A DNA stretch of 64,000 bases from Candidatus Aminicenantes bacterium. GTDB lineage: Bacteria; Acidobacteriota; Aminicenantia; Aminicenantales; JAFGBC01. The stretch is from NCBI GenBank assembly GCA_963702005.1, contig OY969696.1, forward strand, positions 1,536,001-1,600,000, written 5' to 3'. Below the pieces are notes generated by a model, which was not told the DNA's origin, did not search any database, and saw nothing but the letters and a program-made list of their open reading frames with translations. The position numbers and the translations under genes were made by a program. Shown here piece after piece: positions 28,789 through 37,811 of this stretch (positions are counted from its first letter, which is position 1; every line of letters begins with the position of its first letter).

Positions 28789-29232
28789 TTAAATTTGAGT
28801 TTGAAATAGCTCAATTCCGGTCAATTTTTCAAGAAACCTTTTCATCGGCCGATGCTTCCCTCTCTCCCATCCCGCCAACGTCGTCTGATCAATTCCTAAT
28901 AGAGTAGCAAATTTCTTCTGCGTCAGCCCGTGGATCCGCCGGTATTCCCGAATCTTTTCGCCTAAATTCTCTGTCCTTTTCTCAAACGGATCGCAGCCAA
29001 GGAACTCGATAATCTTAGGAATCTGGGCTAGAGACGGCTGGACTCGGTTCTTTTCCCAAAGATATATCGTGAGGTCCGAAACATTAAGCTTTAGGGAAAG
29101 TTGGCGCTTGGTGAGCTTCAAATCAATCCTTCGGGCTCTAATCCAGTCGCCCCACGTCTTCATAAAATCAGGGTATTTCTCCCTGGAAACCGGCTTTTTT
29201 GCCTTTAAGGTTAAATGGCAGAAAGGCAACAC
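28789..29232 (-). CDS. XRE double-HTH regulator, copy E (intact)
   Basis: LPFCHLTLKAKKP...YP...WGDWIRARRIDLKLTK...IYLWEKN plus a second HTH IREYRRIHGLTQK...TTLAGWERG. Confidence 0.88.
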   Translation of the reverse strand: MLPFCHLTLKAKKPVSREKYPDFMKTWGDWIRARRIDLKLTKRQLSLKLNVSDLTIYLWEKNRVQPSLAQIPKIIEFLGCDPFEKRTENLGEKIREYRRIHGLTQKKFATLLGIDQTTLAGWERGKHRPMKRFLEKLTGIELFQTQI

Positions 29233-29711
29233 AACCCTGCGAGGAGGTCCTGCGCGGGCTGGCCGGGACCGGGGTCGAATGCACGGAGAGCCAACGGCGG
29301 CGCTACTACTCCAAGATCTCCGGCCCGCTCCTCGACCGTATCGACATCCTCATCGAAGTCCCCGCCGTCCGCTTCCACGAGGTCGTGGGGCGCGTTGAAA
29401 CCGAGAGCTCAGAAAAAATTCGAGCCCGCGTTGTGGCCGCCCGCGAACGTCAGCTCGGCCGCTTCCGGAAGAAGCGGATCTTCGCCAACGCCCACATGGG
29501 GCCGCGCGAGGTCAGGGCCCACTGCCGGGTGGACGGGGAAGGGGAGAGGCTCCTGGAGGCGGCGATTAAAAGGCTGGGGTTAAGCGCGAGGGGCTACGAC
29601 CGGGTCCTCAAGGTCGCCCGGACCATCGCTGATCTGGCGGGTGAAGAGGCGATTTCCCCCGCTCATTTGAGCGAAGCCATCCAGTACCGCATGATGGACA
29701 GGTACCCGTGA
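29233..29711 (+). pseudogene. comM: 3' fragment of comM (YifB family Mg-chelatase-like AAA+ ATPase)
   Basis: PC...RYYSKISGPLLDRIDI, SSEKIRARVVAARERQ, LSARGYDRVLKVARTIADL, HLSEAIQYR; starts abruptly at the (N)PC motif; GC-rich like the core. Confidence 0.92.
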
Positions 29712-29863
29712 TTCCCTCCCCTATTCAGGTGAGAAAAGCTCCCCATAAATCACCCCTTCAATCATTCTTAGTGGTGATTTACTTATTTTAAATTAAACTA
29801 TATAAATAATATTTAGATTTCATTATCTAGCAAAGGAATCAAGTCTATGAAAGGGTTACTGAA

Positions 29864-31675
29864 GTGGGAACGACTGGAGCTAAGTACAAGTTAACTGAGG
29901 AAGTACTTCGAGATAAAGAGAGTATATATAATTTCCTTTTGGATAATTCAAAAGGGATTATTCTCATCCTTAGCAGAAGAGGGAAAATACTTTTTGCCGA
30001 TAAAACCATCTTAGACAACTTTGGTTATTCTGAAGAAGAAATAGCCGGCAAATCAATCACAAGTTTCTTAACGAAAGATAGCATCACGAGGGCATTATAT
30101 GCTCTTGCGCAAGAATTTCTTGGTCAGCCTCAACCAGAGATGGAAGTTCGAGCTAAGACGAAATCTGGTGAAATAAGATATTTAAAAGTCGCCAAGGGCT
30201 CATCCCCTATTTATGAAGAAGGCAAATTGATTGGGGTAATGGTTAGCGCCAGCGACATCACTGATTCCAAGAAAGCCGAGAAAGAGCTGGGGGAAAGCGA
30301 GCAACGCTTCAAGGAATTGTGGGATAATGCCCCTGTTGCCTATCACATATTGGATGCCAAAGGGATTATCACTAATGTAAATCAAACCGAAGCGAAAATG
30401 CTCGGATATGCCAAGGAAGAAATGACAGGGAAATCAATATTCGAATTTATTTTGCCTGATCAGAAAGAAGAAGCAAAAAAACGATTTCAACACAAGATGT
30501 CCGGTCGGCATGTCCCAAAAGCAGGTAACAGGATATATGTTAAAAAAGATGGTTCAAAGATTTATGTTGATATCGATGAGGTATTGGAACGAGATTATGA
30601 CGACAAGATCATCGGTGTCCGGACAACGATGATTGATATTACAAAACAAAAAGAGACAGATGCGGGTTTAAAGACATCGATGGAACTTTATAGAGACCTG
30701 GTTGAAGGGGCGGGTGTCGCTATTCTAGTTGATGACAGAGAAGGAAGTTCCAAATATATAAATGAAAAATATGCTGAGATTTTCGGATACTCTGTGGAGG
30801 AGATAAAAAAACAATCTATTCGATCGATTGTTTATCCTGATGATGTTGAGAGAGTACTAGCCTATCATACAAGACAAATTCAGGGTAGCGAGACTCACTC
30901 CAAATATGAATTTAGAGGAGTCAAGAAGGATGGAACTGTCATATATCTTGAAGTGGCATCAATTGCCTTAAAAGAAGGGGAAAACATTGTGGGAACTCGC
31001 TCATACCTATGGGATATTTCCGAGCGTAAGACGACAGAAATGGAACTAAAAAATGTTCTGGAGACGCTGCGTAAAGCTATGGGCGCAACTGTTCAAGCCA
31101 TTAGCAGGCTCGTCGAAATGAAGGACCCTTATACTGCTGGGCATCAAAGACGCGTTGCTGACCTTGCTCGTGCAATAGCCAAAGAAATGGGGCTTTCGAA
31201 TGACCAAATCGATGGTATTCGTGTTACAGCATTAATTCATGATATAGGCAAAATATCTATTCCGGCCGAAATCCTCAGCAAGCCAGGTCGATTAACAGAA
31301 GTAGAATTCAATATGATTAAGACTCACCCACAATGTGGTTATGAAATATTAAGATCAATAGAATTTCCATGGCCCGTTGCTCAAATTGTTCTTCAGCATC
31401 ATGAAAGGATCGATGGATCAGGTTATCCATCAGGCATATCAGACAAAGAAATTACCCAAGAAGCAAAAATATTGGCAGTAGCGGATGTTGTTGAAGCCAT
31501 GATCTCTCACCGACCTTATCGACCAGCTCTCGGCATAGATAAAGCCCTCGAGGAGATATCTAAAAATAGTGGGGTTCTTTTTGATCCTAAGGTGGTAGAA
31601 GTTTGCACAAACCTTTTTGTCCAGAAAGGCTTTAACTTCAGAAAACAGAAAAATCTGTCAGTTTTGCCTTATTAA
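29864..31675 (+). CDS. PAS-PAS-PAS-HD-GYP phosphodiesterase
   Basis: Three PAS/PAC domains; DPYTAGHQRRV, HDIGKI, HHERIDGSGYP. Confidence 0.93.
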   Translation: MGTTGAKYKLTEEVLRDKESIYNFLLDNSKGIILILSRRGKILFADKTILDNFGYSEEEIAGKSITSFLTKDSITRALYALAQEFLGQPQPEMEVRAKTKSGEIRYLKVAKGSSPIYEEGKLIGVMVSASDITDSKKAEKELGESEQRFKELWDNAPVAYHILDAKGIITNVNQTEAKMLGYAKEEMTGKSIFEFILPDQKEEAKKRFQHKMSGRHVPKAGNRIYVKKDGSKIYVDIDEVLERDYDDKIIGVRTTMIDITKQKETDAGLKTSMELYRDLVEGAGVAILVDDREGSSKYINEKYAEIFGYSVEEIKKQSIRSIVYPDDVERVLAYHTRQIQGSETHSKYEFRGVKKDGTVIYLEVASIALKEGENIVGTRSYLWDISERKTTEMELKNVLETLRKAMGATVQAISRLVEMKDPYTAGHQRRVADLARAIAKEMGLSNDQIDGIRVTALIHDIGKISIPAEILSKPGRLTEVEFNMIKTHPQCGYEILRSIEFPWPVAQIVLQHHERIDGSGYPSGISDKEITQEAKILAVADVVEAMISHRPYRPALGIDKALEEISKNSGVLFDPKVVEVCTNLFVQKGFNFRKQKNLSVLPY

Positions 31676-31749
31676 TCATTTATGACATTTCAAACCATTT
31701 TTTTCACTGTTTCTGTGAATAAGTTTATTGAAAAAGAGGAAATTCCTTT

Positions 31750-32128
31750 CAAAGAAATATTGCCATTTGGTCAAGGTTCAGTGTCGGCCTTTTCCCACCC
31801 TGCCAGCGTGGTCTGGTCGACTCCCAACTGTCCGGCCATCTTTTTCTGTGTCAGCCTATGAGCTCGCCTATATTCCCGAATTTTATCTCCTAAATTCTCC
31901 TTTTCTTTTTCAAACGGATCACGGCCAAGGAACTCGATGATCTTCGGAATCTGGGCCAAAGACGGCTTGACCTTGTTCTTTTCCCAGAGATATATCGTGA
32001 CGTCCGAAACATTAAGGTTGAGGGAAAGTTGGCGCTTAGTGAGCTTCAAATCCAGCCTCCGGACCTTGATGTAGTCGCCCCACGTCTTCATAAAATCAGG
32101 GTATTTCTCCCTGGAAACCGGTTTTTTC
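31750..32128 (-). pseudogene. XRE double-HTH repeat, copy F (frameshifted near the 3' end)
   Basis: MKTWGDYIKVRRLDLKLTKRQLSLNLNVSDVTIYLWEKNKVKPSLAQIPKIIEFLGRDPFE..., very similar to copy E. Confidence 0.88.
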
Positions 32129-32132
32129 GTCT

Positions 32133-32200
32133 TCGAGGTCGGGGCCTACTGCCGGGTGGACAGGGAAGGGGAGCGGCGATCCAGTACCGGATGCTGGACA
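32133..32200 (+). pseudogene. Collapsed comM 3' remnant marking the island right edge
   Basis: gaggtcggggcctactgccgggtggacagggaaggggag matches 29508-29546; atccagtaccggatgctggaca matches 29679-29700. Confidence 0.8.
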
Positions 32201-32257
32201 AAGCTTAATTTGGTACAATGACTGTCTCGACCGTTGTCATAGGGAGGCAGCAGCGCC

Positions 32258-33736
32258 ATGATCGATCGTCGATGGCTCCTGGGGATCGTCTGCGGAATGG
32301 GGATCGCGATTGCGGGTCAGGCCGCTCCGGTTCGCGACGGGGATGCCATCCCGGTCAAGCCGGCCAAGCTCACGCCGCAGAAGAAAGAAGCGCTCTACTG
32401 GATCGACGCGGCCCTCCCCGAACTCAACCGGATGAACGACGAGATCTGGCGGGCGGCCGAGCTCGCCCTCGAAGAAAAAGAATCGGCCGAAATCCTCGTT
32501 TCGTTCCTTGAGAAGAGCGGATTCAGAATCGAACGGGGCGTCGCCGGCCTGCCTACGGCCTTCGTCGCGACCTGGGGGCAGGGCGAGCCCGTCATCGGCG
32601 TGCTTGGCGAGTACGACGCGCTTCCCGGGCTGTCGCAGGAAGCCGTGGCCTTCAAGAAGCCGTTGGCCGAGGGGAAACCCGGCCACGGCTGCGGCCATAA
32701 CATCTTCGGCGTCGCCAGCGTTGCCGCCGCGGCGGCCCTCAAGCACGTCATGGAAAGCGGCAAGCTCGGAGGGACGATCAAATTCTTCGGCTGCCCCGGC
32801 GAGGAAACGGTGACCGGCAAGGTGTTCATGGCCCGGGAGGGCGTCTTCAACGGCCTGTCCTGCTGCATCCAGTGGCACCCGGGCGGCGAAACCGAGGTCT
32901 CGCTCGACTCGTCGAACGCCCTCAACCAGTTCGAGGTCGAGTTCTTCGGCCGGTCCGCCCATGCCGCCGGCGACCCCTGGGACGGCCGGAGCGCCCTGGA
33001 CGGCGTCGAGCTCGCCGACGTGGGACTCAACTTTCTCCGCGAGCACCTCAAGCCCACGGCCCGGATTCATTACGTCATCGTCAACGGCGGCGGCGCTCCC
33101 AACGTCGTCCCCGACTATGCCCGGGCCTGGTACTATGTGCGAGACTTGGATCGGGACGGCGTGGAGAAGGACTACGCCCGGGTGCTCGACGTCATCGACG
33201 GCGCGGCCAAGATGAGCGGAACGACCTATAAAATCCGTTTCATCAGCGGCGTCCATGAAGTCCTGCCCAACAGGTCCGGCGCGGAAGCGGTCTACGCCAA
33301 CCTTCTCCTAGTCGGGGCGCCCGCCTTCAGCCCCGAGGAGCAGGCTTTCGCCAAGGAGATCCAGAAGAACTTGGGCGTCGCGGAAAAGGGCTTGAAGACG
33401 GGGATCGAGCCGTTCCGCGAGCCGGAAAAAAGCTGGGGAGGCGGCTCGACCGACGTGGCCGAGGTGAGCTGGCTGACGCCGACGACCTCGCTGTCCGTGA
33501 CCAGCGAGCCCGAGGGAACTCCCGGGCATCATTGGGCGGTCGTGGCCTGCGCCGGAACCTCGATCGCCCACAAATGCCTTCAGACAGCGGCCAAGATTAT
33601 GGCGGCGACCGGGCTGGATATGCTCCAAAGCCCGGCCCTCCTCAAGAAAATGAAGGACGAGTGGGCGGCGAAGACTAAAGGGAAGCCCTACATTTCGCCC
33701 CTGCCCCCGGACTTAACGCCTCCCGTCAAGAATTAA
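32258..33736 (+). CDS. M20 amidohydrolase (AbgB-like) with signal peptide
   Basis: EYDALPGLSQ, GHGCGHN, GCPGEE, WHPG, GRSALD, GGSTDVAEVSW. Confidence 0.92.
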   Translation: MIDRRWLLGIVCGMGIAIAGQAAPVRDGDAIPVKPAKLTPQKKEALYWIDAALPELNRMNDEIWRAAELALEEKESAEILVSFLEKSGFRIERGVAGLPTAFVATWGQGEPVIGVLGEYDALPGLSQEAVAFKKPLAEGKPGHGCGHNIFGVASVAAAAALKHVMESGKLGGTIKFFGCPGEETVTGKVFMAREGVFNGLSCCIQWHPGGETEVSLDSSNALNQFEVEFFGRSAHAAGDPWDGRSALDGVELADVGLNFLREHLKPTARIHYVIVNGGGAPNVVPDYARAWYYVRDLDRDGVEKDYARVLDVIDGAAKMSGTTYKIRFISGVHEVLPNRSGAEAVYANLLLVGAPAFSPEEQAFAKEIQKNLGVAEKGLKTGIEPFREPEKSWGGGSTDVAEVSWLTPTTSLSVTSEPEGTPGHHWAVVACAGTSIAHKCLQTAAKIMAATGLDMLQSPALLKKMKDEWAAKTKGKPYISPLPPDLTPPVKN

Positions 33737-33740
33737 TGGC

Positions 33741-34709
33741 TCAGCGCCCTTTGAGCGAAGCCTTCCAGGCGTTGTACCAAACGTTGAGGAGGCTTACGAA
33801 CTCGGCGCTGGCCTTCTTCCCGCCGGCGGCCGTCGGATGGCTGTCGTCCGAGCTCGAGCCGTAGGCGCTGTAATTATTGGCCACGGTCTGGATGTGCTGA
33901 ATGGCTCCGTTCCGGAAGCGGTGGTGGTTGCCGGTCGCCTTGCCCAGGTCGTTCTTGTTGACATTCCCGCCGTTCGAGGTCAGGACGTTATAGAAATCGA
34001 AAACGGCGACGTTTTTGTAGGGGCAGTTTTTGAGCCAGCTCTTGACGAGCCAGTCGTTGACGGCCCGGGCGTTGGCGGCGTGAGCCGCGTCGGTCGCGTC
34101 CTCGACGAGGGGCGGGGAGGCGATCAGGATGAACAATTTGTCCTGCCGGGTTTTAAAATAGACGAGGAGGTCGTTGTAGATCCCCTTGACGTTGGCGACC
34201 TTCATGTAGGGCGAGCTCGAATCCTGGCCGCGCAGCGGGTTGCTGCCCGTCTTGGGCGGGTCGCCGGGTTTTCCCCCGATCTGGGAATTGGGGAAGCAGG
34301 ACTTGAACATGATGATCGTGTTCTCTCCGCCCGGGTCGGCGGCCAACCGGGTGTAATCGCAGTTCTGGCCGCTTTCCTTGAAAAGGGCGTTGAGGTAGGT
34401 CGTCCGCTTGGCGGCGCGGAACCAGAGCCACCACTGGCCGGTGTCGGTCTTGTCGCCGATCGCGTCAGGTCCCCAGCCGTAGTTCGTGTCGCTCACGAAG
34501 TAATTATTGTTCTTGAGGGTGATCCCCAGCCGTCCCCCGTAGTCCACCAGCCAGCCTTCGCCCGTCGAGTGGTGGATGAAAATGAGCTTGACCGGCTTCG
34601 CCGGGGGCCGCGGCGAGAGGGCTTCCGGGCCGCTTCCGGCCGAAGCTAGGACGGCGCCGCCGCTGAGGATAAGGATCATGGCTAAGATTGTCAGGAAGCG
34701 CTTGGGCAT
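33741..34709 (-). CDS. Secreted hypothetical protein (SGNH-like)
   Basis: Signal peptide; LIFIHHSTG, IMFKSCFP, VFDFYNVL, DDSHPTAAG. Confidence 0.7.
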   Translation of the reverse strand: MPKRFLTILAMILILSGGAVLASAGSGPEALSPRPPAKPVKLIFIHHSTGEGWLVDYGGRLGITLKNNNYFVSDTNYGWGPDAIGDKTDTGQWWLWFRAAKRTTYLNALFKESGQNCDYTRLAADPGGENTIIMFKSCFPNSQIGGKPGDPPKTGSNPLRGQDSSSPYMKVANVKGIYNDLLVYFKTRQDKLFILIASPPLVEDATDAAHAANARAVNDWLVKSWLKNCPYKNVAVFDFYNVLTSNGGNVNKNDLGKATGNHHRFRNGAIQHIQTVANNYSAYGSSSDDSHPTAAGGKKASAEFVSLLNVWYNAWKASLKGR

Positions 34710-34793
34710 AATGACCTCCTCGAGAATCCCTATGAAAGAATCATATCATTTTCCGCCCTTGCTCGCCATCCGTTCTTGGGATATCCTTTTTCC

Positions 34794-36176
34794 ATGAACA
34801 CGACGACCGCGGCTTCAGAACACCCATTGCCTATCCGGCCGAGCCTCCCCCGCGTCCTCGGCCTTTGGGACATCGTCAGCATCGTCATCGGCGGCGTCAT
34901 CGGGTCGGGGATTTTCCTCTCGCCGTCCGAGATCGCCACGGCCGTGCCCGCGCCGCTCCTTATGATCGGGGTCTGGGTCGTGGGCGGCCTGTTCAGCTTC
35001 TTCGGAGCCGTTTCCTTCGCCGAGCTCGGCGCGGCCATGCCCGAGGCGGGCGGCATCTACATCTATCTCAGGGAAGCCTACGGCTCCCTCATCTCGTTCC
35101 TGTTCGGCTGGACCCTGTTCCTGGTCATCGACTCGGGAGCTATCGCCACCCTGGCCGTCGCCTTCTCCTATAACATGTTGCCCAAGTTCGCCGACATGAC
35201 GCCTCTCGTCAAAAAGCTGGTGGCGGCCGGCTTCGTCGTCTTCCTGGGCGCGGTCAATTACGTCGGCGTGCGCTGGGGCGCCCGGCTCCAGAACCTGTTG
35301 ACCATCATCAAAACGGGCGCCATCGGCATCATCTGCGTCGCCGTGTTCTTCTTCGCCAAGGGAGCAGGCCACGTCGCCAACTTCATCGAGCCCAAGCCGG
35401 GCTCCTTCAACTTCGGCTTGCTGGGCGCCTTCGGGGTCGGGCTGGTCGCCTCCCTCTGGGCCTACAAGGGCTGGGAAGCCGCGACCTACAGCGCGGGAGA
35501 GACGAAGAATCCCCAACGGAACCTGCCCCTCGGCATCCTGATCGGCACCGTGGCCGTCATCGTCCTCTACGTGCTGGCCAACCTGGCTTATCTCTATGTC
35601 CTGCCGGTCGGAAAGATCGCCGCTTCCGAAAACCGCGTCGCCCTCGACGCCATGGCCATCGTGACGGGGCCGTTCGGGGCCTCGCTGATCGCCTTCCTGA
35701 TCCTGTTTTCCATCCTGGGCGCCGCGAACCAGAACGTCCTGACCTCTCCCCGCGTCTATTTCGCCATGGCCAAGGACGGGCTGTTCTTCCGGAAGATCGC
35801 GACCGTCCACCCCAAGTACCTGACTCCGAGCGTCTCGATCGTCGCCATCTGCGCCTGGAGCATCGTGCTGACCCTGACCGGCACGTTCAAGCAGCTCTTC
35901 ACCTACGTCATTTTCGGGGAGTGGATTTTCTTCGGCCTGACGGTCGCCGCCGTCATCATCCTGAGGAAAAAACTTCCCAGCCTGCCCCGGCCCTATAAGA
36001 CCTGGGGGTATCCGGTGACGCCGATCATCTTTGTCCTGGCCGCGCTCTACGTGGCGGTGGGGGCCCTGCTCAGCGCTTTCTGGAATTCGCTGGGCGGGTT
36101 GGCCATCATCTTGCTAGGCGTTCCAGCTTATATCTACTGGCGGCGGAAATTGAAGTCCTCCGGCGCCGGGGCTTGA
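34794..36176 (+). CDS. APC-family amino acid permease
   Basis: IGSGIF, FAELGAAMPEAGG, AYKGWE, GETKNPQRNLP, PRVYFAMAKDG, RPYKTWGYP. Confidence 0.93.
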   Translation: MNTTTAASEHPLPIRPSLPRVLGLWDIVSIVIGGVIGSGIFLSPSEIATAVPAPLLMIGVWVVGGLFSFFGAVSFAELGAAMPEAGGIYIYLREAYGSLISFLFGWTLFLVIDSGAIATLAVAFSYNMLPKFADMTPLVKKLVAAGFVVFLGAVNYVGVRWGARLQNLLTIIKTGAIGIICVAVFFFAKGAGHVANFIEPKPGSFNFGLLGAFGVGLVASLWAYKGWEAATYSAGETKNPQRNLPLGILIGTVAVIVLYVLANLAYLYVLPVGKIAASENRVALDAMAIVTGPFGASLIAFLILFSILGAANQNVLTSPRVYFAMAKDGLFFRKIATVHPKYLTPSVSIVAICAWSIVLTLTGTFKQLFTYVIFGEWIFFGLTVAAVIILRKKLPSLPRPYKTWGYPVTPIIFVLAALYVAVGALLSAFWNSLGGLAIILLGVPAYIYWRRKLKSSGAGA

Positions 36177-36179
36177 TCC

Positions 36180-36950
36180 TCAGAATTTAAGGCGGGCCTG
36201 GAGGAACTCCTGGAAAGCGGGCATGTCCCGGACTTTGTTGAAAGCCGTGTCGGTTAGGACTTTCCGCCAATCTCCGAAACCGGCCCGTTCCGCCTTGGCC
36301 AGGTAGAGCACGGTCTTGGCGGCGTTCCCGGCCTGGGCGAACAGCCGGGCATACAGAAAAAAAGCCTCCGAAGGCTTGAATCCTTCCTGGGCCGTTTCGG
36401 TGATGAGGCTCTGGTGGGTCTCTAAATAATTGGGGTCGAGCGCGATCGCTTTGGCGAGGCAGGCCGTCCCCTCCTCGTTTCGGTCGCGGGATAGAAGGAG
36501 ATTTCCGAGACTGTAGAGGGTCGAGATGAGGTCGGGCTTGATCTCCAGGGCTTTCTTAAAGGACGCCTCGGCTTGATCGTAATCCCCCTGGACGAAATAG
36601 ACGCTGGCCAGGTTGTTGAAGGCTTGGGCGTAGGAAGGATCGGCCGCGGCCGCTTTCTCAAAATGAATCCGGGCCGCCGCGTAGTCTTTCCGCTGGAAGT
36701 GGCAAATCCCGAGAAGGTTGAGAGCCACCGCCGAGCCGGGATTGACGGCCAAGGCTCGGCTCAGGGCGCTCGCCGCGCCGAAGTACTCCCCACGGTTGAA
36801 GAGATCGACGCCGCGGTTGAAGTAGACTTGAAAATCTTTCTCCGACGGCTCCCCGCTGGCCGGCCGTGGACCCGGGGCGCATCCGGACGCGAAGACAATC
36901 GCAAGGATCGAAAGGACGAAACCGGCTTTTAGAAAGGGATGGTCTCTCAT
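36180..36950 (-). CDS. TPR lipoprotein
   Basis: Lipobox ASGC; several TPR repeats. Confidence 0.85.
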   Translation of the reverse strand: MRDHPFLKAGFVLSILAIVFASGCAPGPRPASGEPSEKDFQVYFNRGVDLFNRGEYFGAASALSRALAVNPGSAVALNLLGICHFQRKDYAAARIHFEKAAAADPSYAQAFNNLASVYFVQGDYDQAEASFKKALEIKPDLISTLYSLGNLLLSRDRNEEGTACLAKAIALDPNYLETHQSLITETAQEGFKPSEAFFLYARLFAQAGNAAKTVLYLAKAERAGFGDWRKVLTDTAFNKVRDMPAFQEFLQARLKF

Positions 36951-37033
36951 GGTATCTGTTCCTCGTTATCTTGCCTATCGGTTAATTTTATTCTCTTTTC
37001 AAGGCCCGCACAATATTTGATAGAATACGGCCG

Positions 37034-37807
37034 ATGACGATTCCGCTGACGACGGACGGACAAGGGCGGGCCCGTGCGCTCTTCCTGCTGGCCGAGGCCC
37101 GCTCCGGGTCGAGCTGGCTCATGAAGACCTTGGATTCCGTCTCCTCGGTCTCCCTACGGGGGGAGCTCCTCAATCACGCCGTCCATCCCGAGGTTCTCCG
37201 TTTCCAAAACGCTTCGCGCCGGGACTTCGCCGAATGCTTTCGCTACCTGGAGGAGAAACTGGCGGGCGGCGCCGGGTACGTCGGCTGCAAGATTCTTTTC
37301 AACCAGCTTTTTTTCGTCGCCGAGGATTTCCCGGACTCTTTCCTGGAGCGGTTCCGGGAAGCGGTTTTTCTGGTCCTGACCAGAGAGAATATCGTCCAGG
37401 CCCAGATCTCGCTCCGGCTGGCCCACGCGACCGGCGTCTGGCACCGCCGGGGTGAAGAAATCCGCCCCCCCTCCAAAGTCCGCATCCAGCCGCGGGACTT
37501 CTGCCTCCGGATCCGCCGGGCCCTGAGGCAAAGGGAGATGATCCTGGGCGGACTCGATCGCACCGGCGCGCGGACGTTCCGGCTCGAGTACGAGTCCCTT
37601 TTCGCGGACAGGATCGGCTCCCTACGCGCCATTTGCGGCTTCATCGGGGTTTCCTGCGAAAGGATCCGCTTCGGCCGCGAGATCAAGGGCGGGCCGGCTT
37701 CCTACGCGGACCTCATCGAGAATTACGATGAGCTCGTTTCCTTCCTAAAAAAGGAGAAGGATCTCTATCGGATGCTGATCCGGCCGCTTCCGGAATTTCC
37801 GGCCTGA
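37034..37807 (+). CDS. Sulfotransferase (Stf0-like)
   Basis: ARSGSSWL PAPS loop, GELLN, GCKIL, LTREN...ISL, YESL. Confidence 0.75.
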   Translation: MTIPLTTDGQGRARALFLLAEARSGSSWLMKTLDSVSSVSLRGELLNHAVHPEVLRFQNASRRDFAECFRYLEEKLAGGAGYVGCKILFNQLFFVAEDFPDSFLERFREAVFLVLTRENIVQAQISLRLAHATGVWHRRGEEIRPPSKVRIQPRDFCLRIRRALRQREMILGGLDRTGARTFRLEYESLFADRIGSLRAICGFIGVSCERIRFGREIKGGPASYADLIENYDELVSFLKKEKDLYRMLIRPLPEFPA

Positions 37808-37811
37808 GGCG

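Larger units (their letters stand above)
1..32200. mobile_element. Composite genomic island (left end outside the window)
   Basis: Lower GC than the flank; LSR, tyrosine recombinase, IS remnants, T4CP and a disrupted comM. Confidence 0.85.

Noticed and set aside
29199-29232. TTG start making a complete 170-aa protein
   Set aside because: The first 11 codons are the reverse strand of the XRE gene; the rest is a 5'-truncated comM.
21000-32200. CRISPR array or classical attC integron as the explanation for the repeats
   Set aside because: The repeats are 130-450 bp, protein-coding and irregularly spaced. I saw no short regularly spaced direct repeats, cas genes or convincing attC hairpins.
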